Assembly: GCA_963675785.1 (NCBI GenBank) | Contig: OY776562.1 | Span: forward strand, 74,516-138,515 | DNA length: 64,000 nucleotides | Reading direction: 5' to 3' | From: Anaerolineae bacterium | GTDB lineage: Bacteria > Chloroflexota > Anaerolineae > UBA1429 | In this document: one piece after another, positions 51,469 to 61,415 of the stretch | How the letters are laid out: every line of letters begins with the position of its first letter | Position numbering within the stretch: position 1 is the stretch's first letter | Notes under the pieces: model-generated | Told to the model about the DNA's origin: nothing | Database searches by the model: none | What the model saw: the letters and a program-made list of their open reading frames with translations, nothing else | Translations under genes and position numbers: made by a program

Positions 51469-52903
51469 CTTGCCTGGTAATGACGATTCGGGTTATCGCG
51501 TATGGCGCAAAATCAAACCTGCAGTCGATGCGGCTTTGATTCTGGCGGCTTTTGCGATTGCTTATTGGTTCCGCTATGATTTACAGCTCATACGACAGGT
51601 TGAACCTGCCTTTCACGTTCGCTTTGGTGTCTATATTCCCAGTGTTTTGACCCTCATCGTGATTGTCCTCTTTTGGCTTTGGACAGAAGGATCCTACCAC
51701 TCGACGCGAGGCCGTCTGCTAATCGACGAATGGGTGATCGTGTTCAAAGCTTCCATTACTGGTGTCGCCGTCGTCATTGTTCTCGTTTTTATGGCTACGC
51801 CCAGTTATTATTCACGGCTTATCTTTGCCTATGCGGGTGTAGCTATGGTTCTGCTATTGGGAGCTGCCAGAACCGTAGAACATGCAGTTCTTCGTAGGCG
51901 TCGACGTGTTGGAATTGGTGTGCGTCACATTCTGATTGTGGGTGCGGGTGAGATTGGCCGCACCCTTATGCGCAACGTTGTAGCACGACCAGAGCTTTTC
52001 TATGTGATTGTGGGTTTTGTTGACGATGATCCACTCAAATCTCATACCGATATTGGGCCCTGTCCGGCTCTGGGCACAATAGACTCGCTTGATCGTATCA
52101 TCGCCGAGCGCCAGGTAGATGAAGTGATTGTCACTCTTCCGTGGGTCTATCATGATAGAATCAGCGAGATCATGGGCACGTGCGAAGAAATCAATGTCGA
52201 AGTGAGAATTGTCCCCGACCTATTCCGCACACGCCTTAGTAGCGTCAAGATAGAGACCATCAATGGTGTGCCACTCTTGAGTCTGGCCGATACGCGGCTG
52301 AGCGAAACACAATCTGTGCTCAAACGCGTGATCGACATTGTCATCTCGATTGTGGGGCTGATCATTCTTAGTCCACTTATGTTGCTCATTTCTCTGGCAA
52401 TCAAGATCGATTCCCGGGGGCCTGTTTTCTTTAGACAAGAACGTGTGGGCATGGGCGGGAAACCCTTTACGATTACAAAGTTCCGCACCATGTGTGCCGA
52501 CGCTGAGAATCTCAAGGCATCTTTGGTCGACAAGAATGAGGCAACAGGCCCCATATTTAAAATCAAAGATGACCCTCGCCGAACACGTTTGGGGCGCTTT
52601 TTGCGGCATGGCCTGGACGAGCTGCCTCAGCTCTGGAATGTGCTTTGCGGTGAGATGAGTTTCATTGGTCCTCGTCCGCCTACGCCGGATGAAGTTGAAA
52701 AATACGAACCCTGGCATATGCGTCGACTTGAGGTGCGGCCCGGTATTACCGGGCTCTGGCAGGTGAGCGGGAGGAGCGATCTCTCGTTCGATGAGATGGT
52801 TTTACTCGACACATATTACATTGAGAATTGGTCCCTCATGCTCGACTTTCGGATCGTTTTTAAGACGATTCCGGCTGTTCTTACTGGTAGCGGCGGGTAC
52901 TAG
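51458..52903 (+). CDS. Polyprenyl-phosphate hexose-1-phosphate transferase (WbaP/PssY-like bacterial sugar transferase)
   Basis: N-terminal TM helices and a C-terminal Bac_transf domain (KRVIDIVISIVGLIILSPLMLLISLAIKIDSRGPVFFRQERVG...GPRPP). The start codon is uncertain (TTG 51458). Confidence 0.8.
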   Translation: MENNLPGNDDSGYRVWRKIKPAVDAALILAAFAIAYWFRYDLQLIRQVEPAFHVRFGVYIPSVLTLIVIVLFWLWTEGSYHSTRGRLLIDEWVIVFKASITGVAVVIVLVFMATPSYYSRLIFAYAGVAMVLLLGAARTVEHAVLRRRRRVGIGVRHILIVGAGEIGRTLMRNVVARPELFYVIVGFVDDDPLKSHTDIGPCPALGTIDSLDRIIAERQVDEVIVTLPWVYHDRISEIMGTCEEINVEVRIVPDLFRTRLSSVKIETINGVPLLSLADTRLSETQSVLKRVIDIVISIVGLIILSPLMLLISLAIKIDSRGPVFFRQERVGMGGKPFTITKFRTMCADAENLKASLVDKNEATGPIFKIKDDPRRTRLGRFLRHGLDELPQLWNVLCGEMSFIGPRPPTPDEVEKYEPWHMRRLEVRPGITGLWQVSGRSDLSFDEMVLLDTYYIENWSLMLDFRIVFKTIPAVLTGSGGY

Positions 52904-52933
52904 TCTCGACAAGATGTTGTTCGGAGAGGCTCT

Positions 52934-54121
52934 ATGGCAATTGATGCAAGACAGATTAAAAGTGATGCGGTAACTGCACTGTGTCAGGAACTCGTTCGTA
53001 TCCCCAGCATTTCAGGTTCAGAGGGGGCGATTGCAGACCTATTACAGCGCGAGCTCTCACAGTTGGGTTTGGATGTGTTGGTCGATGATTACGGCAATGT
53101 AATCGGCCGCATGGGTCCGACATCGGACAAGACCCTACTTTTTGATGGGCATATGGATACCGTTACAGCCATGTACCCCGAAACGTGGACTCATGCTCCT
53201 TTTGGCGGCGAATTGGCCAATGGTGCTGTGTATGGCCGCGGTAGCACGGATATGAAAGGCAGTATCGCCTCCATGGTGGCTGCAATACGTGCCCTGGTTG
53301 AAGGGGGTTTTGCGCCCAATGGGCAGCTTGTGGTGGCTTTTGTCGTGCAAGAAGAACCTTGTGAAGGGGCCGCTATTGGCCACGTACTGGAGGGTCAGGA
53401 TATCCATCCTGATTGGGTAGTCCTAGGTGAGCCGACCCATCTACAGCTGGCCCGCGGACATCGGGGTCGTTTAGAGATAGAGATCAATGTACAGGGCAAG
53501 GCTTGTCATGCAGCCAGTCCCTCACTGGGTGTCAATGCTATCTATGGTGCTTCTCGCCTGATCGTGGGCTTGGAAATTCAGTCGCTGCAGTTGGGTACGG
53601 ACGATTTTTTGGGGCGAGGTACTTTTGCGGTAACGGATATATCCAGCAGTGCGGCCAGCCGCAACGCGGTGCCCGAGTTGTGCCAGCTTTTGGTGGATCG
53701 AAGGTTGACGGCAGGCGAAACAGAGGCTATGGCATTGGCAGAGATTCGCCGCATCGCTGCACGCGAGGATATTCAGGCGACGATTGATGTGGCCGAGACC
53801 GTTATTGAGACATACAAGGGCGGCCAGATCAGACAGCGCCAGAGTTATCCTGCTTGGGCTACGCCCGCCACCAGCCCCTTGGTCAAGACGGTGGCTAGTG
53901 TGGTTGAGAACGCTCTGGGCTTTGTTCCTCGCATCAGCCGTTGGGAGTTTTCGACCGACGGTGTGTACACCGCCGGTCAGGTTGGCATTCCACAGTGGGG
54001 TTTGGCCCGGGAGATGAGAAATTGGCTCACGCTATCGACGAGCATGTCGCTGTCAAGGATATGGCAGCTGCGGCACTGGTTTATGCCCGTCTGGCAGAGC
54101 GCTTGCTTAGCTAGTGAATAG
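52934..54121 (+). CDS. M20 family metallopeptidase (ArgE/DapE-like deacylase); the C-terminus is disrupted by an apparent 1-nt deletion near 53991
   Basis: HMDTV and GRGSTDMKG motifs. After about 53991 a different frame reads VGFGPGDEKLAHAIDEHVAVKDMAAAALVYARLAERLLS*, the expected ArgE/DapE C-terminus with a stop at 54114. The track frame instead reads nonsense to 54121. Confidence 0.7.
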   Translation: MAIDARQIKSDAVTALCQELVRIPSISGSEGAIADLLQRELSQLGLDVLVDDYGNVIGRMGPTSDKTLLFDGHMDTVTAMYPETWTHAPFGGELANGAVYGRGSTDMKGSIASMVAAIRALVEGGFAPNGQLVVAFVVQEEPCEGAAIGHVLEGQDIHPDWVVLGEPTHLQLARGHRGRLEIEINVQGKACHAASPSLGVNAIYGASRLIVGLEIQSLQLGTDDFLGRGTFAVTDISSSAASRNAVPELCQLLVDRRLTAGETEAMALAEIRRIAAREDIQATIDVAETVIETYKGGQIRQRQSYPAWATPATSPLVKTVASVVENALGFVPRISRWEFSTDGVYTAGQVGIPQWGLAREMRNWLTLSTSMSLSRIWQLRHWFMPVWQSACLASE

Positions 54122-54123
54122 AG

Positions 54124-55356
54124 TTAAGTGCGGTAGTTGGCGTTGATGTTGACGTATTCGTGCGTCAGGTCGCAGGTCCACATCGTCGCGGATTGATTGC
54201 CTAATCCGAGATCGACCGCAAAGCGCACTTCTTTTTGGGCGAGAAGCTGGGAGGCGTGCTCTTCGTCAAAGTCAATGGGTGTGCCTTTGCTGAATAGCGC
54301 CATATCCCCTAATTTTAGGCTTACCTTCTCGGGTTCTATTGTGGCGCCGCTATAGCCGACGGCGCAGATTACTCGTCCCCAGTTAGCATCTCTGCCATAG
54401 ATGGCGGTTTTGACTAGCGATGAATTAGCAATTGATCTGGCAACCGCTCGCGCATCTTCTTTGGTTACCGCCCCTTCGACGACGATTTCAACCAGGTGTT
54501 CTGCACCTTCGCCATCGCGTACGATTTCTCGCGCCAGATGGGTGACAACCTCATCCAGGGCAGTCAGCAAGGCAGGATAAAGCGGGTGGGCTTCGCTCTC
54601 GATTGCTGATAGGTCAGCAGCGCCGTTGGCTAGAACCAGTACAGTGTCATTGGTGCTCGTGTCACCATCCACTGTGATCATGTTAAAGCTGGAATCGATC
54701 ACCTTATTGAGCATCGTTTGAAGTTGCTCTGCGGCTATGGCGGCATCGGTGGTGATAATGCAGAGCATGGTGGCCATATTGGGGTGGATCATCCCCGATC
54801 CTTTGGCCATGCCTGCGACTGTAAAACTTCCCTCATCGGTATTGACCCGAACGGCTACTTCTTTGGAATGGGTGTCGGTTGTCATAATGGCTTTGGCTGC
54901 GTTGGCTCCGCCAGCGCGTTCGCCACATAGCGTGGTAGCTGCCTGGTGAATCCCCTTGTTGATCGTATCCATGGGCATGTGTTGGCCGATGACGCCTGTT
55001 GACATGACGTAAAAGGTTCCCGGTGTCGCTTCCATGGCTTGTTCTGCGATCTGGGCCATCTCGCGGGCATCTATCATACCCTGATCGCCTGTGCAGGCGT
55101 TAGCGCAGCCGCTGTTCACAGCGACACCATGCACTAGCGCACCTGAGGATAGGACCTGCATGTCGTACCAAACGGGAGCCGCCTTGAATGCATTGCGGGT
55201 AAATACGGCAGCGCTTGTGCAAGGGGCCGACGAATAAACCAGAGCCAGATCCAGTTTACCGCTCTTTTTCAGGCCGGCAGCAATACCATTTGCTTTAAAA
55301 CCACGACATGTGGTAATGCCTGCATCATTGAGGTATTCGAGTGTGTAATGAGCCAC
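54124..55356 (-). CDS. argJ: Bifunctional ornithine acetyltransferase / N-acetylglutamate synthase
   Basis: ArgJ family with the ATML self-cleavage site (ATMLCIITTDA); 410 aa. Confidence 0.85.
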   Translation of the reverse strand: MAHYTLEYLNDAGITTCRGFKANGIAAGLKKSGKLDLALVYSSAPCTSAAVFTRNAFKAAPVWYDMQVLSSGALVHGVAVNSGCANACTGDQGMIDAREMAQIAEQAMEATPGTFYVMSTGVIGQHMPMDTINKGIHQAATTLCGERAGGANAAKAIMTTDTHSKEVAVRVNTDEGSFTVAGMAKGSGMIHPNMATMLCIITTDAAIAAEQLQTMLNKVIDSSFNMITVDGDTSTNDTVLVLANGAADLSAIESEAHPLYPALLTALDEVVTHLAREIVRDGEGAEHLVEIVVEGAVTKEDARAVARSIANSSLVKTAIYGRDANWGRVICAVGYSGATIEPEKVSLKLGDMALFSKGTPIDFDEEHASQLLAQKEVRFAVDLGLGNQSATMWTCDLTHEYVNINANYRT

Positions 55357-55370
55357 AGTGTGATTCTCCT

Positions 55371-57119
55371 CTATTCAGCAAAGATTCCGGGAACGTAAAG
55401 TAGCATTGTCAAAACAGCATCAGATAAGGCAAAGATAGCAAATCCTGCCAACAGCGAAGCGCTGGATTTTCTATGTACATACCACGCCGTAAAGACGCCT
55501 GCAAGCAATGCCAAAGCAGCAGGAGAAAATAGTACGATTTTATCGGCCATGGTAGCACTGATAAAAGCGGGCACTGGCAAGTCAAGCAGCCAGGATGGTC
55601 GGAAAATGTATTTGGTGACGATGTACAATACACCGGATACGATCAGCACAATGCGGGGACCACTACGTTCGAGATCACCTTCTGCGCTGATAAGCATATA
55701 AATGGAAATGAGAACCAATCCAGGGAAGAGCCAGACGACGGCCATTGGCAAAAAGCTGAGACTCTGGATCAATCCCCAAATTACATCCGCGACCGTTTCA
55801 CCAATATCCCCAAGACTTAATTTATTCAGATATGCTACTGCTTCAGCAGAAGTGCTGGCATAATAGACCTGATGAATACTCGATGTGCCTATATCGATCC
55901 AGGCGAGATGCCAATCATCTTGTGAATCAACGGCTAGCGTGGGCTTTTGTGAAGTTGTGGTAGTGCGTGCTGCTACCTGGTAGGAAACAGGTGCACCATT
56001 CTGCCAGACTGAGGTGATGATCTGGATGATTTCTGTGGTACGCCCCACCTGCTGAACGGAAAAGGCAATATAGACTGGTTCCTGTGATGTCTGCAATGTG
56101 TTGGGAAAATAACAGAATGATGAACCGCTTATATCACCTTCTAGCGGGGCGGTATCGAGTCCAAGCGTTGACTCGGCAACCGTATAAACGGGCTCACGCG
56201 TTGTGGGCAGCTCTACTTGACCTGTGGTGGCGTTTGCAGGATCCCCAATGGGGAACCAGGCGTAAAAGGTCTCTGCCATCGGAGAGGTGAGGCCGCCGCC
56301 ACGGCGTTCTCTTGTCCAAAAGACATAAACACTCTCGTCTTCTATGGCGATGGCCGGTGCTCGCGCGACCAGTCCTGTGCTGATCGCAAACATCGTCAAA
56401 ACAGAACTCTGCTCAAGGTCGCCAGTCTGAGCATTAATGATGCCATAGTTCACATTGCGACGCGATAGTTCTGGCGAGCTATACCACACAACCTGAATAG
56501 AGCCGTCGTTTGCTAAAGCGGCGGCGATATCCGACGCCTCTATGCCAAGATCTGTCGGGGCCATACGCAATGTGCCCTGAGCAGAGAGTGCGCTGTAGAA
56601 TAGGGAGGCTGTATCTTGGACTTTGCCGCTCCACAAGAGGGCAACTGCGCCTTCATCGAGGGGCACAGTTGCGCAGGTCAGGTCCGTGATGCCTTCTGCT
56701 AGGGTTTGTTCAGCGCGGATTGTTCCATCAACAGAAACGAGTGCATACATGAGGTCGGTCTGGCCGGATACCCACACCAGATGAAATTGATCATTGCCAG
56801 CTGGAATCAGTGTAAGCTGGGAGGGTGCATTGGGAGAAGCAACAACGTAATCTGCCAGCGGGGTTCCACTTTTATCTAGGGTTTGGATGCGAATCTGCTT
56901 TGTGCCCGTACTGATATCAACCCAGGCCAATATGGGGGAATCTTGGGTCGTTAGAGCAAGCTGTACGTTTTCCGCATTGCTTGTTTCTCCTACTAGAACA
57001 CCACGGCTCCAATCAGAGCCGGTAGTTTCACTGCGCTGCAAGCCAGTTCCGCAGCTCGCACAGGATAAAACAATAACAATAGCTGTCGCGAGGAATAGCA
57101 CTCGCCTCTTGGTTTTCAT
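55371..57119 (-). CDS. Hypothetical lipoprotein with a large extracytoplasmic repeat domain and a C-terminal multi-TM anchor
   Basis: Lipobox LSCASCG after the internal ATG; repeated (L/V)(A/T)W beta-strand-like segments; four C-terminal TM helices. Confidence 0.5.
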   Translation of the reverse strand: MKTKRRVLFLATAIVIVLSCASCGTGLQRSETTGSDWSRGVLVGETSNAENVQLALTTQDSPILAWVDISTGTKQIRIQTLDKSGTPLADYVVASPNAPSQLTLIPAGNDQFHLVWVSGQTDLMYALVSVDGTIRAEQTLAEGITDLTCATVPLDEGAVALLWSGKVQDTASLFYSALSAQGTLRMAPTDLGIEASDIAAALANDGSIQVVWYSSPELSRRNVNYGIINAQTGDLEQSSVLTMFAISTGLVARAPAIAIEDESVYVFWTRERRGGGLTSPMAETFYAWFPIGDPANATTGQVELPTTREPVYTVAESTLGLDTAPLEGDISGSSFCYFPNTLQTSQEPVYIAFSVQQVGRTTEIIQIITSVWQNGAPVSYQVAARTTTTSQKPTLAVDSQDDWHLAWIDIGTSSIHQVYYASTSAEAVAYLNKLSLGDIGETVADVIWGLIQSLSFLPMAVVWLFPGLVLISIYMLISAEGDLERSGPRIVLIVSGVLYIVTKYIFRPSWLLDLPVPAFISATMADKIVLFSPAALALLAGVFTAWYVHRKSSASLLAGFAIFALSDAVLTMLLYVPGIFAE

Positions 57120-57253
57120 CTGTGGCATGTTCCTTTCCATACTGCAAGTATACGAGCCCTGCCGTGTACTGCCAACAAGACTTGCCTCATTGACCATGTC
57201 TTGAGGCTATTGGTATAATCAATAGTCAGTTTTGTAAGATTGCTAGTGAGGCA

Positions 57254-57628
57254 TTGATGACGCGTATTCGTATTTGTGTTGGCCCAGTGAGTGTTGCGGC
57301 CGAGCTTGAAGATAATCAGACGGCTGCCCGTATCGTTGAGGTTTTACCCTTGAACGCCCAGGCTGCATTGTGGGGCGATGAGATCTATTTCGGGTTGCCA
57401 GTGTTCATGGCTGTAGATGATACCGTGGATCAGGTGGAGGTCGGCGATATCGCTTACTGGTCGCCGGGGCATGCGTTCTGCATCTTTTTTGGGCGAACGC
57501 CCATGAGCAGAGGCAACGAAATTCGACCAGCCAGCCCGGTGAGCGTTTTTGGCCACATCCTCGGCGATGCGCGGACTTTTACTGCTTGTGCGGCTGGTGA
57601 TCTGGTGAGCGTCGAACTCGTTCAATAA
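57254..57628 (+). CDS. Cyclophilin-like fold hypothetical protein
   Basis: 124 aa; weak resemblance to the cyclophilin-like (MTH1175-type) family. Confidence 0.4.
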   Translation: MMTRIRICVGPVSVAAELEDNQTAARIVEVLPLNAQAALWGDEIYFGLPVFMAVDDTVDQVEVGDIAYWSPGHAFCIFFGRTPMSRGNEIRPASPVSVFGHILGDARTFTACAAGDLVSVELVQ

Positions 57629-57640
57629 ACGGAAGGATAG

Positions 57641-58426
57641 GTGATGGACATGGCCTTTGAAAAAGAACGTCGGATTCTTGTAGCGGCTGAGGAGGCAGCG
57701 GAGCCAGTGGGCCCTATCTCTGACCTCCTGCCGGGTGGGCTGACGCTGGATGCCGCACATATGATCTGTGAGGGAAATATCCAGGCCAGGCTCGACGCGG
57801 GTGCGAAATTGGCTGGCTATAAAGTCGGATTCACCAACATTCCCGTGCGAGACAACATGGGTCTGCCCGATTCTACCTATGGCTATATTCTAGATGAGAT
57901 GGTGCTGCAGTCCGGTGGCACAGTGAATATGTCCAAACTGGTGGCGCCCAAAATCGAATGTGAGATTTGCTTTAGACTGGGTGAGGATATCAACCCTGAT
58001 GGATTGACGATAGCGCGTGTGCTGGCTCAAAGCGATGGTGTCTGCGCTGCCTTTGAGATCTGCGACGCACGCATCAAGGATTGGAAGTGCCCCTACCCCG
58101 ATTTCTTCGCAGATAACGGTTTTTCTGCCCGTATTGTGCTCTCCGGGGAATGGTTCGCCCCTTCTCAGGTTGATCTGCTGGGGGAGATGGTGACACTCTA
58201 TAAGGATGGCGTTGAGCTTGCCAGCGGCAAGGGCGAAATGGCCATGGGACATCCAGCAAATGCCGTTATCTGGCTGGCGAACAAACTCAAGGATCGCGGG
58301 CGCACTCTGAAGGCGGGCAATGTGGTGATGACGGGCACACTCACGCCCATTATTCTCGTCGAAAAGGGCGCCGAATATGTGGCGCAGTTTTCAACGTTGG
58401 GGGAGGTCACTCAAAAGTTCAAGTGA
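57641..58426 (+). CDS. 2-keto-4-pentenoate hydratase-like (MhpD/HpcG; FAH superfamily)
   Basis: AGYKVGFTN, KIECEICFRLG, and the C-terminal GNVVMTGTLT pattern. Confidence 0.7.
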   Translation: MMDMAFEKERRILVAAEEAAEPVGPISDLLPGGLTLDAAHMICEGNIQARLDAGAKLAGYKVGFTNIPVRDNMGLPDSTYGYILDEMVLQSGGTVNMSKLVAPKIECEICFRLGEDINPDGLTIARVLAQSDGVCAAFEICDARIKDWKCPYPDFFADNGFSARIVLSGEWFAPSQVDLLGEMVTLYKDGVELASGKGEMAMGHPANAVIWLANKLKDRGRTLKAGNVVMTGTLTPIILVEKGAEYVAQFSTLGEVTQKFK

Positions 58427-58517
58427 CCTGTTGGTTTACCAAAAGCTCTGTGCTAGAATGCCGCAGATATGCTAGCTTGCCTGTTGGCATCTAGCATACG
58501 TCATTGTGGGGTGATAT

Positions 58518-59234
58518 ATGTCTGTTCGTGCGTTATTGTTGGATCTCGATGATACACTCTTGATAAACGATATCGAGAGCTTTTTCCCCGCTTATTACGG
58601 GGCACTCGTTGAGTGTTTCAAGGACGTTCTTCCACCTGTCAAGCTGCTTGATGCTTTAAAGATTGGCACCAAGGCCATGATGGCTAATACCGGTACTGGG
58701 CGCATCAACAGCAAAGTGTTTTGGCACGAGTTTACGCCTCGTGTCGAGCGGCCTCAAGAAGAGATGGAGCCCATCTTCCAGTCGTTTTATGAGAATGAAT
58801 TCGATGCTCTAGCTTCAGTAACGTCAGTAGATCCAGCAGCTCGACGGCTGGTTCAGATAGCTCGCGAAAAGGGCTATGCTCTGGCTGTTGCTACACAGCC
58901 GGTTTTCCCGCTTCCGGCCGTCTTGGCTCGATTGCGCTGGGCTGGTGTGCCTCATGAAGAAATTCAATACGATTTTATCTCAACCTATGACGATTTGAGT
59001 GCCTGTAAACCGCATCCGGCCTTTTTTGAGCAAGTGCTTGATGCCCTGGGCCTAGAGCCTTCGGAAGCCGTGATGGTTGGAGATAGTCTTACGTCGGATA
59101 TGCCTGCTTCCAAGCTGGGCATCCGTACCTTTTGGGTAACGCGCAATGGAGGCGTGGCATCAGAAGCAGATTGGAGCGGCGATCTGAATGCGTTGTGTGA
59201 GCTTGTTTTATCGGGGGGATTGGATGAAGAATGA
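58518..59234 (+). CDS. HAD-superfamily hydrolase
   Basis: Motif I LLLDLDDTLL and C-terminal MVGDSLTSDM. Confidence 0.7.
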   Translation: MSVRALLLDLDDTLLINDIESFFPAYYGALVECFKDVLPPVKLLDALKIGTKAMMANTGTGRINSKVFWHEFTPRVERPQEEMEPIFQSFYENEFDALASVTSVDPAARRLVQIAREKGYALAVATQPVFPLPAVLARLRWAGVPHEEIQYDFISTYDDLSACKPHPAFFEQVLDALGLEPSEAVMVGDSLTSDMPASKLGIRTFWVTRNGGVASEADWSGDLNALCELVLSGGLDEE

Positions 59235-60397
59235 CCACAGATAGCGGTCGGTTGATGCAAATAGCAGACAATGTGCGCAGCAGCTTTGTGAAGGCTTTTG
59301 AGTGCGAGCCCGAGTTTCTGTTGGCTGCGCCCGGGCGCGTGAATCTCATCGGTGAACATACAGATTACAACGATGGTTTTGTTCTACCTGCCGCTATTGA
59401 CCGCCATGTTGTAATGGCTGTTCGTCGCCGAAGTGATCACCATGTTCGCATCAGCGCCGTGGATTTTGATGACCTTTCAGCATTCGATTTGGATAACATC
59501 GAGCGGGTGAATCACGCGACCTGGAGCAACTATGAGCGCGGTGTGGCTTGGGTGTTGCAGGACGAAGGGTACGCTATAAGCGGCCTGGATTTGGCTGTCT
59601 CTAGTGATGTGCCCATTGGTTCCGGCCTCAGCTCTTCAGCGGCTATTGAACTGGCCACGGCTTTTGCTTTCCAAACTGCCTATCAGCTCGAATTGGACGG
59701 TGTCAAGCGGGCACTCCTTTGTCAGCGGGCCGAGAATGACTTTGTGGGTATGCGTTGCGGCATAATGGATCAATATATCATTTCATTGGCTGAAGCCGAG
59801 CGGGCGCTGCTGATCGACTGCCGCAGTTTGCAGTACGAGCTGGCTAGGCTGCCCGAGGGTTGCAGTATGATCATCTGCGATACACGCAAAAAACGCGGTT
59901 TGGTTGATTCCGAGTACAACACGCGTCGTGAGGAATGTGAGCGTGGCGCTGCTATCCTAGGCGTCAAGGCCTTGCGGGATGTTTCTGTAGAGACTTTTGA
60001 GGCACGGGCAGTCGAGTTGGATGAGGTAACTCGTAAGCGTTGTCGGCATGTGGTGATGGAAGATCAGCGTGTGCTGGATGCTGTCAAGGCGCTGGAAGAT
60101 AGCGATGCCGCAGCCTTTGGCAAGCTGATGAATGCTTCGCATGTGAGCCTGCGCGACGATTACGAGGTGAGCTGCGCAGAGTTAGATGCTATGGTCGAGG
60201 CGGCCTGGGCTTGTGAGGGTGTTTTGGGAGCACGTATGACTGGTGCCGGTTTCGGCGGCTGTACTGTCAACTTGGTATGTGACGGGGCCGTAGACGCCTT
60301 TTTGGCGAGTGTGCCAGCGCAGTATCAGGTGAAAACGGGGCTCACACCAAATGTGTATGTTTGCAGGGCAGTCCAAGGAGTTGGCCTGCTGGGCTAG
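59231..60397 (+). CDS. galK: Galactokinase (GHMP kinase)
   Basis: Galactokinase signature RVNLIGEHTDYNDGFVLP and GHMP ATP motif PIGSGLSSSAA. The start overlaps the upstream stop (ATGA). Confidence 0.85.
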   Translation: MTTDSGRLMQIADNVRSSFVKAFECEPEFLLAAPGRVNLIGEHTDYNDGFVLPAAIDRHVVMAVRRRSDHHVRISAVDFDDLSAFDLDNIERVNHATWSNYERGVAWVLQDEGYAISGLDLAVSSDVPIGSGLSSSAAIELATAFAFQTAYQLELDGVKRALLCQRAENDFVGMRCGIMDQYIISLAEAERALLIDCRSLQYELARLPEGCSMIICDTRKKRGLVDSEYNTRREECERGAAILGVKALRDVSVETFEARAVELDEVTRKRCRHVVMEDQRVLDAVKALEDSDAAAFGKLMNASHVSLRDDYEVSCAELDAMVEAAWACEGVLGARMTGAGFGGCTVNLVCDGAVDAFLASVPAQYQVKTGLTPNVYVCRAVQGVGLLG

Positions 60398-60428
60398 GAT
60401 AAAAATAGGAATAACAAAGAGCGCCAGC

Positions 60429-61415
60429 CTACGAGGTTGGCGCTCTTTTCATGATCCAAAAGCTCCAGATGCCTTTTGCCATACCAAGCCCCAGTGCTAA
60501 GGCACGGACGAGGAGCAGGAAGGGGGCAACATAGGCTACTGTTCGGTCGTGCTGCCAGGCATAGCTGATGAACGTGAGGCAGTTGACGGCAAAGGCGATC
60601 AAGACGACTGCTGCGCCGGGCCAGGCACTTGGCCAAAAGAGAGTGGCGATAAGCATTAAAAGTAATAGATAGGCCAATACCATCTGTGATTTCTGGGTTG
60701 GAGGTGTATGCGAATCGTTGCTAGCCTTGCTAGGATGCAACTTTAGAATGTAGGCCTTCCAATAGCCAATGCTGACTTTTTTGCGGGCATACCATGCTAC
60801 TGTATCGGCGTGAACATGCTGAACAACCGCTTTTGGCACAAAGATGAGCTTGTAACCTGCCTCGGCTACTCTAAAGGAGAGTTCTTGATCTTCCAGTGAG
60901 GTTGAAGGAAGAGTCTCGTCAAAACCGCCCACCGTCAGCAGTACCTCGCGGCGATAGATGGCCGAATACGTATCGACAAAATCGATGCGCTCTGTACCAC
61001 GCATGCGCTCGTATTTGGTCTCATATTCGGTTTGAACAAAACGGGCTACTAGGCCGGTTTGTTTACTGGTGTAGGTGCCCTTGCCGCCGTCAGCATCAGC
61101 AGTCTGCACGGCTTGCAATAGAATGTCGATCCAGTTTGGCGCGGGGATGCAGTCGGCGTCAGTAAAGAGCACCCATTCGCCATTCGCCTCCCGAATACCC
61201 GTGTTCCTGGCCTTGGCGGGGCCGCCAGGGTTCTGGGAGAGTAGAGTGACGTGGCCAAAGCGCTGCACGGCAGTAGCGGTGCCATCGGTTGAGCCGTCGT
61301 CCACCACGATAATTTCGTACTCGTCAGTGGGGATGGATTGATTCTCCAGTGCCAGCAGGCACTGGGAAATGGTGTTGACGCCGTTTCGCACGGGGATGAC
61401 GACGGAGGCCTTCAT
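60429..61415 (-). CDS. Glycosyltransferase family 2 with a C-terminal membrane anchor (polyprenyl-phosphate sugar synthase-like)
   Basis: VVIPVRN...EIIVVDDGSTDGT, DADC and ED motifs, and two C-terminal TM helices. Start at the internal ATG. Confidence 0.8.
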   Translation of the reverse strand: MKASVVIPVRNGVNTISQCLLALENQSIPTDEYEIIVVDDGSTDGTATAVQRFGHVTLLSQNPGGPAKARNTGIREANGEWVLFTDADCIPAPNWIDILLQAVQTADADGGKGTYTSKQTGLVARFVQTEYETKYERMRGTERIDFVDTYSAIYRREVLLTVGGFDETLPSTSLEDQELSFRVAEAGYKLIFVPKAVVQHVHADTVAWYARKKVSIGYWKAYILKLHPSKASNDSHTPPTQKSQMVLAYLLLLMLIATLFWPSAWPGAAVVLIAFAVNCLTFISYAWQHDRTVAYVAPFLLLVRALALGLGMAKGIWSFWIMKRAPTS